From contig CAWIAD010000002.1 in assembly GCA_963833985.1 (NCBI GenBank), positions 5,344,001 through 5,408,000 on the forward strand: a stretch of DNA of 64,000 nucleotides, in the 5' to 3' direction. The position numbers and the translations under genes were made by a program. Below are positions 21,091 through 29,567 of this stretch, one piece after another. Origin of the DNA: an uncultured Planctomycetaceae bacterium. Lineage in GTDB: Bacteria; Planctomycetota; Planctomycetia; Isosphaerales; Isosphaeraceae. Position 1 is the first letter of the stretch; every line of letters begins with the position of its first letter. The notes under the pieces are model-generated. The model saw only the letters and a list, made by a program, of their open reading frames with translations, was not told the origin of the DNA and made no database searches.

Positions 21091-22175
21091 AGTCGTCCTC
21101 CCGGCAGCCTGTAGATCTGCTCCCTGCTGAAGACGCTACTGATGGCTTCCGAGTGAGTCGTCAAGATGAACTGGGAGCAAGGCGCCAGGGCGGGCAAGGC
21201 CGACAGCAACGCTTGGGCCAGGGGAGGATGAAGATTCAAATCAAGCTCGTCGATCAGCACAACCGAATGACGGATTTGCTGCCGAACGAATTCGTACAGC
21301 AAGGGCAAGACTGCCTGTTCGCCCGCGGACATCTCCTCGATATCGTATGACCGATTCCCATCCTCGATGATGAAGTAGTAATCCTCCGGGGAGGGCACTC
21401 CACCACGGTACATGGGCTCGGGCATGCCGAAGGATCGCCCAGGGAAGACACGCTTGAAGCTGCGCTGAAGCTCGTCCAGGAAATCCACCTTGCCAGGTCC
21501 CCTGGAGAGCCGGTTCAGCTGCCACCGGTTGAGATGCTCGCGCAGACGCGCGACTCCCACCTGATAGCTTGGCCGTTCAGGGCCTTCCCGACCGCCGTTC
21601 CCTTCGCTCATGCTGGGAGGCGTTGCGAGGTTTCGGAACTGGTCAAACCAGAAGACTCCCGGCAGACGCCCGAACAGGTCTCGGGCAGCCGGATCGGTCT
21701 CCAGAAGCTGTGCGGCATACCAGCGACCCCGGAACTGGTAGAGTTCCGCCTGTGAACGAGCCGAGCAATGCTCGCCCTCGAGCCTGATCGTAACGACCCG
21801 GGAGTCACCCGGTTCAACGTAGACCAAATGCCTTTCAACTGTGGAGCGTGAACGGAACCAGCGGTCGGCCGCCTCCCGGGTGGCGTCGATCTCTTCCTGA
21901 GAAAAGTGCACTTCCAGTTCCACGGCGGGTCTGCCCCACCGCTCATAACGGCCGGAAACCCATCCGAGCCAGTGAAAGTCTTTGACACTTCTTGTGCGCC
22001 AGGATGCCAGCGACAGGCACAAGGCGATCGCTTGCAGAACCGTGGTCTTCCCCGTTCCATTATCGCCCAGCAGCAGGAACTGGTCCGCGATATCCTGGGT
22101 CAACGAATTCCGCAGCTCGATGTCCAGCGTCTCGAATCGCTTGAAATTCTCCAGGTGAATGGACGCAACTCTCAT
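21081..22175 (-). CDS. ABC-type (AAA_15/AAA_21-like) ATPase
   Basis: IHLENFKRF, GDNGTGKT, MSAGEQ, LIDELDLNLHP and ILTTHS; GGAG RBS. Confidence 0.9.
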   Translation of the reverse strand: MRVASIHLENFKRFETLDIELRNSLTQDIADQFLLLGDNGTGKTTVLQAIALCLSLASWRTRSVKDFHWLGWVSGRYERWGRPAVELEVHFSQEEIDATREAADRWFRSRSTVERHLVYVEPGDSRVVTIRLEGEHCSARSQAELYQFRGRWYAAQLLETDPAARDLFGRLPGVFWFDQFRNLATPPSMSEGNGGREGPERPSYQVGVARLREHLNRWQLNRLSRGPGKVDFLDELQRSFKRVFPGRSFGMPEPMYRGGVPSPEDYYFIIEDGNRSYDIEEMSAGEQAVLPLLYEFVRQQIRHSVVLIDELDLNLHPPLAQALLSALPALAPCSQFILTTHSEAISSVFSREQIYRLPGGRLCL

Positions 22176-22498
22176 GGAGGTTCTCCGTGCATGAACGGTT
22201 GCTTCACCGTGAGGCGTGGAGAGTGAAATGTCGAGAGACACCTTGCTCGCCTCCCGGGCGAGCAGCCAGACACCCTTGCGGCTCATCGGCCAGCGCGACG
22301 CAACTCGGGCCGGCCTAATGCTCGGTCGGTTCCTGATGGGTCTGCATTCTACCCGGAATGCGTGCCGGCGGCATCATGCCCATAGACCCTGGTGGTGAGC
22401 GGTTTTCCGGCCGTTCTCGTTGAGTTGCCGTTCTCGAAAATCCTCTCCTCCGTTACGATCCGCGTCATCGGAGGTATTCCAGCAGGCCAGGGAAGGAC

Positions 22499-24109
22499 TT
22501 GCCGCACATGGAAGGACCACAAGGCGGAGTGCGCACACCCGAACCAGCGGTGCTGGGTGGCGGATCCACGTCCATTCGGCGCGATCTCGGGACGGCGGAA
22601 CGGCGTTCCTCACCGCGGCTCTGGAGCTGGCTGGTCGGACTGTTCCTGGTGCTCGCCGTGGTCTTCTCAGCCATCCCGCTGGGCATCGACCTGCTCGAAA
22701 AGCCGAACAAGGATTACAGCCTCTGGTACCAGGTGGGCGCCTTGCTGCGCCAGGGGATGGACCTGTATCCCGATCCCTCCACCGGCCGGCTCTTCCCGTT
22801 CATGTACCCGCCCTCGGCCGCGGCCATGCTGGGCTACTTGAGCGTGCTGGGCAAGCACGGCACAACGCTGGTGCTGGTGCTGGCGCACTCGGCGGCCTGG
22901 GCCGGGGCGATCGTGCTTTCCGTCTGGCTGGCGACGGGCGGCAAGGTGGGTATCCACACGCTGCGGCAGCGCCCGCTGCTGGCGGCGGCGCCCTCGCTCG
23001 CCATCGTCGCCCTGGTGCACAACACCTATCTGCTGGGCCAGCCGAACCTCGGGCTCCTGACGCTCTTGCTGCTGGCGTTCGCCTACCTCCGCCAGCGCCG
23101 TGAGATCACCGCGGGCGTGCTGGTGGCCACGGCGGCGGCCATCAAGGCGTTTCCCATCCTGGCGCTCGGTTACTTCGTCTACCGCCGCATGTGGCGGGCG
23201 TCGGCCGCCACCGTGCTGGCACTCGTGGCCTGGCTGCTCGTCGCCCCCTTGCCCTTCCGCACGCCCGCCCAGGCCCTCGCCGACGTGACCACCTGGTCGC
23301 AGGGGATGCTCTTCACTTACAACAGCAAAGGCATTGCACAGCGGCCCTACCGGTCGTTCTCGTACAAGAACCAGTCCATCATGGCCCTGGCGCACCGGCT
23401 GCTGCGGGATGTTCCCGCCGACGGCGAGAAGGTGCTCACCGAGCACGTCGCCGCGCGGCTGCGGGGCCGGTCGATCCGGGGGATGACCGCCGATGGCTCC
23501 ATTGACCTGGCCGCCATGCTCACCGCACCGCCTGATACCCCCCGCTGGAACGAGAACTACGAGGGCGTCGACGCCGCGCTGCGGAAGGCCTGGCGGGTGA
23601 ACGTCCTGTCGCTCAACTTCCGCGCGGTCACGGCCGTCACGCTGGCCGCGATGCTGGCGCTTGCGCTGTTCGTCGCCAGCATGCTCCCCGCGCGGAAGCA
23701 GCGCACGGCCGACACGGACGCCATCGAGTTCGCCCTTGTCACGCTGCTCATCGTGATGTTCTCTCCGCTCTCATTCAACTACGCCTTCGTGTGGCTGATC
23801 TACCCGCTCACCGTGGCCCTGAACGTCGTGCGCGAAAGCCCCGCGAAAGCCCGCTGGCGGAACCTGGAGCGCACCTGGGTGGCCCTGGTCTTCGGCATCC
23901 CCGCCACGGCGATCGCCTTCCCGCTGTACGCTCAAGCCTACGGCAACCTCTTCGTCCCGGCCCTGCTGCTGGTCATCGGCCTGGGTGTGAAGCTGCACGC
24001 GCTGCGATCGGCCGGCTGGCCCACCTCTTTGCCAGCAGCTTCTGCCCCGCTTCAGTCTATAGCATCCAGGCATTCCATCACTACCAACTGCTCATTTAGC
24101 AGTTATTAG
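22499..24109 (+). CDS. Glycosyltransferase family 87 (DUF2029) membrane protein
   Basis: DYSLWY, FMYPP, LLGQPN, AAIKAFP and NQSI motifs; many TM helices. Start uncertain. Confidence 0.8.
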   Translation: MPHMEGPQGGVRTPEPAVLGGGSTSIRRDLGTAERRSSPRLWSWLVGLFLVLAVVFSAIPLGIDLLEKPNKDYSLWYQVGALLRQGMDLYPDPSTGRLFPFMYPPSAAAMLGYLSVLGKHGTTLVLVLAHSAAWAGAIVLSVWLATGGKVGIHTLRQRPLLAAAPSLAIVALVHNTYLLGQPNLGLLTLLLLAFAYLRQRREITAGVLVATAAAIKAFPILALGYFVYRRMWRASAATVLALVAWLLVAPLPFRTPAQALADVTTWSQGMLFTYNSKGIAQRPYRSFSYKNQSIMALAHRLLRDVPADGEKVLTEHVAARLRGRSIRGMTADGSIDLAAMLTAPPDTPRWNENYEGVDAALRKAWRVNVLSLNFRAVTAVTLAAMLALALFVASMLPARKQRTADTDAIEFALVTLLIVMFSPLSFNYAFVWLIYPLTVALNVVRESPAKARWRNLERTWVALVFGIPATAIAFPLYAQAYGNLFVPALLLVIGLGVKLHALRSAGWPTSLPAASAPLQSIASRHSITTNCSFSSY

Positions 24110-24189
24110 CAGTTGATTGGCAGTCGCACCGGCAGGGTCATGCGGATAGGGACATGCTGCCGGCGAGCCTTCCCGGTTTCCCAAAAGCC

Positions 24190-24388
24190 CTCTTCCTGGC
24201 ACACGTTTCCTTTCGCCTCATGCCTTCTCTCTCTTGATCCAGAAATTGGCACGATCGGAATCGTACCCCACGAGGGGAGCGCGGACGGCCCCTCTTCCTG
24301 GCACACGATTCCATTCGTGTCGGGATAAACTCACGGTCAACGAGAAACAGGATCGTCTCAAGATCTTGAGGCATCAAGGAGACACGAT
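24190..24388. repeat. Cluster of GACACGAT palindromic repeats; the last copy is split by the intron
   Basis: Copies at ~24249 and ~24299; half copy GACACGAT at 24381-24388 whose other half is at 28398-28416. Confidence 0.85.
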
Positions 24389-24495
24389 GTAGAGTCGAGG
24401 TGTGGCGCGGTGGGCTCGAGTCGATGGCTCGGCTGGGCCTCGTTTCCACACCCCGCTCATCAAACTGGACGGGCGGTTTTCCCGCATCCAGCTTT
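24389..24495 (-). ncRNA. Group II intron domains V-VI
   Basis: AAAGCTGGATGCGGGAAAACCGCCCGTCCAGTTT (AGC triad hairpin), then GATGAGCGGGGTGTGG...CCACACCTCGACTCTAC. Confidence 0.9.
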
Positions 24496-24552
24496 CGGAC
24501 AAGGCTTGTCTCATCGGTTGAGTTCACACGTTCGCTCACGAAACCATCGCGG

Positions 24553-25152
24553 CTAGGTTCGTTGCAGCTGGTAAAGATGCAACTCCTGGTGCAGGTATCT
24601 GTCAGGGTAGCGTCTGAGCCCCTGACCCGGCACCTTGAACTTCGCACACAACCACTGACGTACCCGGTAGCGGACGTGGTGGTTGACTTGGCGATAGGCT
24701 GGGCTCACCGTTCCGATGCGAAAATAGTTGGACCAACCGCGTAACTTGCGATTGATCCGACCAATCTGCATCTCGACGTCCTGTCCAGTGGTCTGGCGCG
24801 TCGTCATCGCACTGATCTCGCTGCACAGCCGAATGATCTTCTTCCGCGATGGGCGTGACCCTATGTAGGATCGGCCCGTTCGTCGGTCGTAGTTCCGGCC
24901 GAGGGTATAACCCAGAAAGTCGAACGTCTCCTCAGGCAGGTGGCACAGCCGCGTCTTGGTCTCGTTCACCGTTAACTTCAGCCTGGACATCATCTTCCGC
25001 ATCACCGTCATGGCCTCTTCGGCCGTGCCGCGACAGCAGATGACGAAGTCGTCCGCATAGTTGACGATTCGCGCGACCAGACGCCGCTCGTGTCCACCAG
25101 TCTTCCATCCCTTCACAAATCGTCGCATGTAGATGTTGGACAACAATGGTGA
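24553..25152 (-). pseudogene. ltrA: Group II intron RT/maturase, 3' half (interrupted)
   Basis: SPLLSNIY, VNYADDFV, FDFLGY and INRKLRGWSNYF; no endonuclease domain. Confidence 0.9.
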
Positions 25153-26806
25153 GATCACGCCCCCAACAATGTTGCGAACTACGTTGTTGGGGGCCTTTCT
25201 CAAAAGGGGACGGACTGACCCGATACACGATGCGGACCTCCTGCTCGTCGATCTCGACCTTCTTCACCAAGGCCCGAACCACCTCCCGTCGCGTGGCCCA
25301 GTCCGGCTCTTGCAACCCTTGCGAGACGCGACGTGCGAACTCCTCCAACTGACCGATCACCAGTCGCAATTCCGCCTCTTGGGCGGCCTCGCCGATTCGT
25401 TGTCGATGCTCCTCCGCCAATCTCGAGAGGCGCGTCCTTGCCGCCGAGATCCGGGGCTCGAACTCCGATTTGTCGAGCAACCCGTCGCCGTAAGCATCGA
25501 TTAATCGAGAAATCATCTTTTTCACATTATTTATCAATTTGCCGAGATGCTCCACCTCCTGATTCGGCCCGCCCTGGGCACCCTGCAGCCGCCGCTCGTA
25601 CTCCTCCCGGACCCGCTCCGGCTCGGACAGGAGACCTCGTAAGTCCTCCCAGACGGCAGCGTCAAGGATATCGGTGCGGATCTGCTTGTTCCAGCAGAGG
25701 CGCTGCCCGCCGAAACGATAGGCGTCAGAGCCCGTGCAACGGTAGTACGCGTAGCGGACCCTACCCTTGCCCTCGAACGCGGCTCGGCTCGTCGGCTTGC
25801 CGTAGCAGCCGTAGCCGCAGCGCTTGCAGACGACCAGGCCCTGGAGCAGATATCGGCCACCGCCGGGCCGGTCGCGACGGCGTTGCCGGTTCTCTTCAAG
25901 CTGGGCCTGGACAGCCAGGAAGAGGTCTTCGCTCACCAGCCCGGGGACTTCAATGAAGATTTGATCTTCCGAGGATGTATCAACCCGTGAGACCGGTCGC
26001 CGGGAGTGTTCGGGGCGGCCTCGCTGCGGGCGGAGGCGTTGAGGTTTGAACTCACCTGAGCGCGTCTTGCCGAAGGCCGCGGTCCCCTTGTAGGCAGGGT
26101 TCTTGAGGATCAACCAGACCGTCGCGCAATCCCAGGCCGATTTCCCGGTCCGCGTCGGGATACTGTCGCGCCGGAGGCGTCGGCACACCTCGCCGATCGA
26201 GCACCGTTCCTGACCCACCCATTCGAAGATCTTCCGCACGACCCGGGACTCTTCAGCGAGGACCTGATAACGCGCCTCGCCACCTCCCTCGTGCTTGCCG
26301 ATGTAACGGTAGCCGTACGGCGCGCCGCTGAGGACGTTGACCGAACCGCGGCGGGCGGCGTGTTGCTTGCCCCTGCGGCAACGCTCCATGATCTTGGCGC
26401 GCTCGTATTCCGCGATCATTCCCTGGACCTGAAGCAGCAGGTCGGCTTCCGGACTGCGGCCGACGGGGTTGCGCAAGAAGACGACCTCGACACCGCACCG
26501 GATAAGTTCCTCAAGGATCAAGACCTGATAGGCATACTTGCGTGAAAGTCGATCCGGATCGAGCATATAGAGGCGGTCGATGGCTCCAGCGGCGGCTTGG
26601 TCCCGAAGTCGCTCGAGTGCCGGTCGGGCCAGGATGTAACCGCTGACGCCGTCGTCCACGAAGTGCAGTTCGGGCTCGCATTCCAAGCCATCAGTGGCGA
26701 TCCGCTGAGTGACCGCCTCGAGCTGGCTGGCGATCGTGTCCTCCTTCTCCTGCTGCTCCCCCGAAACCCGGGCGTAGAGCGCCACGCGGAGATTGTCCGT
26801 GATCAT
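24932..26806 (-). CDS. Large serine recombinase (resolvase + recombinase + Zn-ribbon + coiled coil)
   Basis: ALYARVS catalytic motif, DDGVSG, DRLSR, APYGY, LKNPAYKG, CKRC...YYRC. ORF reads past the element end into intron sequence. Confidence 0.95.
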   Translation of the reverse strand: MITDNLRVALYARVSGEQQEKEDTIASQLEAVTQRIATDGLECEPELHFVDDGVSGYILARPALERLRDQAAAGAIDRLYMLDPDRLSRKYAYQVLILEELIRCGVEVVFLRNPVGRSPEADLLLQVQGMIAEYERAKIMERCRRGKQHAARRGSVNVLSGAPYGYRYIGKHEGGGEARYQVLAEESRVVRKIFEWVGQERCSIGEVCRRLRRDSIPTRTGKSAWDCATVWLILKNPAYKGTAAFGKTRSGEFKPQRLRPQRGRPEHSRRPVSRVDTSSEDQIFIEVPGLVSEDLFLAVQAQLEENRQRRRDRPGGGRYLLQGLVVCKRCGYGCYGKPTSRAAFEGKGRVRYAYYRCTGSDAYRFGGQRLCWNKQIRTDILDAAVWEDLRGLLSEPERVREEYERRLQGAQGGPNQEVEHLGKLINNVKKMISRLIDAYGDGLLDKSEFEPRISAARTRLSRLAEEHRQRIGEAAQEAELRLVIGQLEEFARRVSQGLQEPDWATRREVVRALVKKVEIDEQEVRIVYRVSPSPFEKGPQQRSSQHCWGRDLTIVVQHLHATICEGMEDWWTRAASGRANRQLCGRLRHLLSRHGRRGHDGDAEDDVQAEVNGERDQDAAVPPA

Positions 26807-27171
26807 GGTTTGTCAAACCCCCCCGACCTTGGACTGGATAGTGTGGACCACAGTCGCGTGGTTGCGGCTGGGTCGCGGCCGATCCAGGCGCTGCGAAACG
26901 ACCGGGATCAAGACCTGATATGCACGCGCGATCAATTGCTCCTGAAGCCGAGTGAACTCGAAGTGGCGGGTGACAGGAGGACTGAACGTGGGCCTCCGTG
27001 GGGACGTGATCATGTCGACTCCTCCTCTCCGAGAGCGCGGCCGCCAGCCTGCCTTGGATCGGGATCGAGTCGGGGCTGCCATCCGTGCCCGTACTTCGGT
27101 CGAAGCCGCGATCTGGAAATGACAGAGTCAGGAATCAGGGACGATTTTGCAACATTGTTGGGGGCGTGATC
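25153..27171 (-). mobile_element. Minimal serine-recombinase integrative element (2015 bp plus duplicated GATC core)
   Basis: Perfect 23-bp inverted ends at 25153-25175 and 27149-27171, both including GATC; removal restores the RT frame. Confidence 0.92.
26813..27013 (-). CDS. 66-aa accessory ORF of the recombinase element (possible directionality factor)
   Basis: Strong RBS GGAGAGGAGGAG before ATG at 27013; ends 6 nt before the recombinase ATG. Function is inferred. Confidence 0.65.
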   Translation of the reverse strand: MITSPRRPTFSPPVTRHFEFTRLQEQLIARAYQVLIPVVSQRLDRPRPSRNHATVVHTIQSKVGGV

Positions 27172-27866
27172 GGTGCACCTTGCGGTGTACCCATCCCCTG
27201 GTCTTTATTCCGGGTCGTTCGATGGCGCTGCCCCTTCCCGTCGGTTTCTTCCACCGGTGTTTCCAGCCACATCTTGATCAGCCGCAGGACGCGACCGTCG
27301 CTGATGCGCCGTGACGCCGATTTCATTAACTCGGAATGGGGTATGCTATCGAAATATCCAGATAAGTTCGCGTCCACCACCTCGGTGTGCCCCGTCTTGA
27401 GCAGCCGTTCGACTTCGCGGACGGCGTCCAGGGCGCTGCGCTCCGGGCGGTAGGCGTGTTGTTCCGGCTCCAGGTCGGCCTCGAAGATCGGCTCCAAGAC
27501 CAGCACCGCAGCCATCTGCACCACACGATCCTTGATGCAAGGAATGCCCAGCGGCCTTTGCTTGCCGTCCCCTTTGGGGATGTACACGCGCCGCACCGCC
27601 TGGGGTTGATACGTCTCCTTACGAAGTTGTTCCGCCAGTTCGTCCAGCCATCGTTCCTTCCCGGACGCCTCGATGTCGGCGAAACTCTGGCCGTCGATCC
27701 CCGGCGCGCCGCCGTTGGCACGGCAGCGTTCGTAGGCGAATCCCAGAACGTCACGTCGATAAATCTTGTCGTACAGGACGTAGAACCGATAGTTGGGCGC
27801 GTTCTTCGCTTTGGTGTGCAACGCCGTCTGCAACTTCCCGACCTTCAGTGGAGGTGATAGACTCAC
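27168..27866 (-). pseudogene. ltrA: Group II intron RT/maturase, 5' half (interrupted)
   Basis: LYDKIYR, GAPGIDG, RRVYIPK, RPLGIP..DRVVQ, YFDSIPH and GTPQGAPI, then the insertion. Confidence 0.92.
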
Positions 27867-28426
27867 GCCAATCTCCCGGCTGTCTGCCGCTTGTTGCGTT
27901 GACCTTGAACCAAGGCCCCTTCCCTCGACCGGAGTTACCCGGCGTCGACGGTACTACGGGCCTCTCCGCCACCCCAGGCAGCCCGGCCGGTCCCTCGCGG
28001 GCGTCCGGTTGAGGGTCACGCGCCCTCACCGCTTGGGGTTTCCCGTGTTGTGTTGATCTCCGTGTGCCGACATGCCGTCGTCAATACCCCGGTGGCCCGC
28101 TGGGTTCTGATCGCTCGTGGGGCGGCCTATTCCAACCGTTTCCCTTTCATCCCCAGCGACGGCGGCCTTCCCCATATTCCAGCAAGGTCGGCGACCACAT
28201 TGGACTTTTCGAGGCCTGCTCAACGTTCACTCGCGTTACGGCCTGTCGGTTCGCTGCATCGCCAAGCGACACATCTGTCTCGAAGGCTCCGACGGTTTCG
28301 TCTCCTCCACCGCCGCTCCGATAGCTACCGGCTGGAGCGACCCAGTTGCCGGGTGGGAGTTACACCCACTGAAGACCAACACCTTTCCACGGCGCACCGG
28401 AATCGTGTCCCACGAGGGAAAAACCC

Positions 28427-29450
28427 TCAGCCCTTCGCCGCCATGGCGCTGATGCGCACCACGCCGTCGTGGTGGGCCGTGGCGAGGTGGATGCCGTCCG
28501 GGTGAAGATCCAGCGCACGGGCGCTGGTGGGGAGCGCGAACTTGAAGAACTCGCTCTCCTGGTCGGGCCGCGTGAAGAACAGGAACCCGCCGCTGGTCCC
28601 GCCGACCACGCTGATGAGGAAGCCCTCGGGATGGAAGCGCACACCCCAGGACACGCCCTTGATGTCCTCTTTGGGATGGGAGAGCGCCTTGAACGCGCCG
28701 GTCTTCCAGTCGAAGACCAGTACCGCCGGCGTGCTCACCGCGCCCAGCGGGTTGCTGGCGTTGATCAACCCGGCGCAGGCCAGGTAGGCACCATCGCGTG
28801 AGAAGCTGAGGTCGCGCACGCCGCCGTAATCGACCCCCTGCCCTCCCTCGTAGAGATGCAGCCGGGCCGCGTCAAGCCGGCGCGCTTCCTTGCCGGTGCG
28901 CACGTCCCACTGGATCACCAGCCCCATGAGGTCGGCCGAGATCAAAAACTTGCCGTCGGCCGTGTAGCTCACCTGGTAGACCGGCCGGGCATGGCCGGGC
29001 AGCTCCATCTCAAGCGTGCCGTCCGCGAGCGACCAGAGCTTGACCCGGCCATCGTTCCCGCAACTGGCGGCCTGCTTCCCGTCCGGGCGAATAGCCAGCG
29101 CCGCGCACCCAGCCGTGATGTGCCATGATCGTGCGCAGGGGTTTCGGGGCGGCGGCCGCTCTCGCATCCGCACCCGCATCCGGCCACCAGATCAGCCGGC
29201 CGTCGGTCCCGCCGCTCAGGAGCGTCTTGCCGTCGGGAGTCACGGCCAGGGCGAACACCCAGCCGTCATGCGCGGCGAAGCTCACGGGCCTGGCCCTGGC
29301 AGGATCGGCACTCCAGTCCCAGCGCACGACCGTATCGTCCTCGGAGCCGGCGAAGAGGTAGCGGCCCGTGGGATCGAACCGGCACGACACCAGCGGCTTG
29401 CCGTGCTTCAGGTCCTGCACGACGCGCGTTTTCTCAGGAGTTGCACCCAT
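28427..29450 (-). CDS. WD40-repeat protein (frameshift near 29115)
   Basis: Repeated GH/AH...WD-type units across ORFs 29010..29450 and 28427..29179. Confidence 0.85.
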
Positions 29451-29470
29451 GGTCTGGTCCGCTCCCTCCC

Positions 29471-29540
29471 ATCTGATCTGACCCGATCTGATCTGATCTG
29501 ATCTGATCTGATCTGATCTGATCTGATCTGATCTGATCCG
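29471..29540. repeat. Pentanucleotide microsatellite (ATCTG)x14, 10 consecutive perfect units
   Basis: Read directly from the sequence; contains 12 GATC sites. Confidence 0.95.
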
Positions 29541-29567
29541 CTCCGCTGCCGTTGCCAGGCCGCTCGC

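Larger units (their letters stand above)
24389..28397 (-). mobile_element. Group II intron (1994 nt without its 2015-bp insertion)
   Basis: 5' GTGCG at 28397; 3' end ...CTCGACTCTAC at 24389; domain V at 24462-24495; RT ORF inside. Flanks rejoin into an intact repeat copy. Confidence 0.93.

Noticed and set aside
25153..27171. Insert as a classical IS with terminal IRs and a 4-bp target duplication
   Set aside because: It encodes a large serine recombinase rather than a DDE transposase, and the GATC is part of both arms, which fits an att crossover core.
24553..27866. RT as a retron, DGR or defence RT, or as two separate RT genes
   Set aside because: GTGCG start, domain V/VI and maturase motifs identify a group II intron, and the two halves rejoin in frame.
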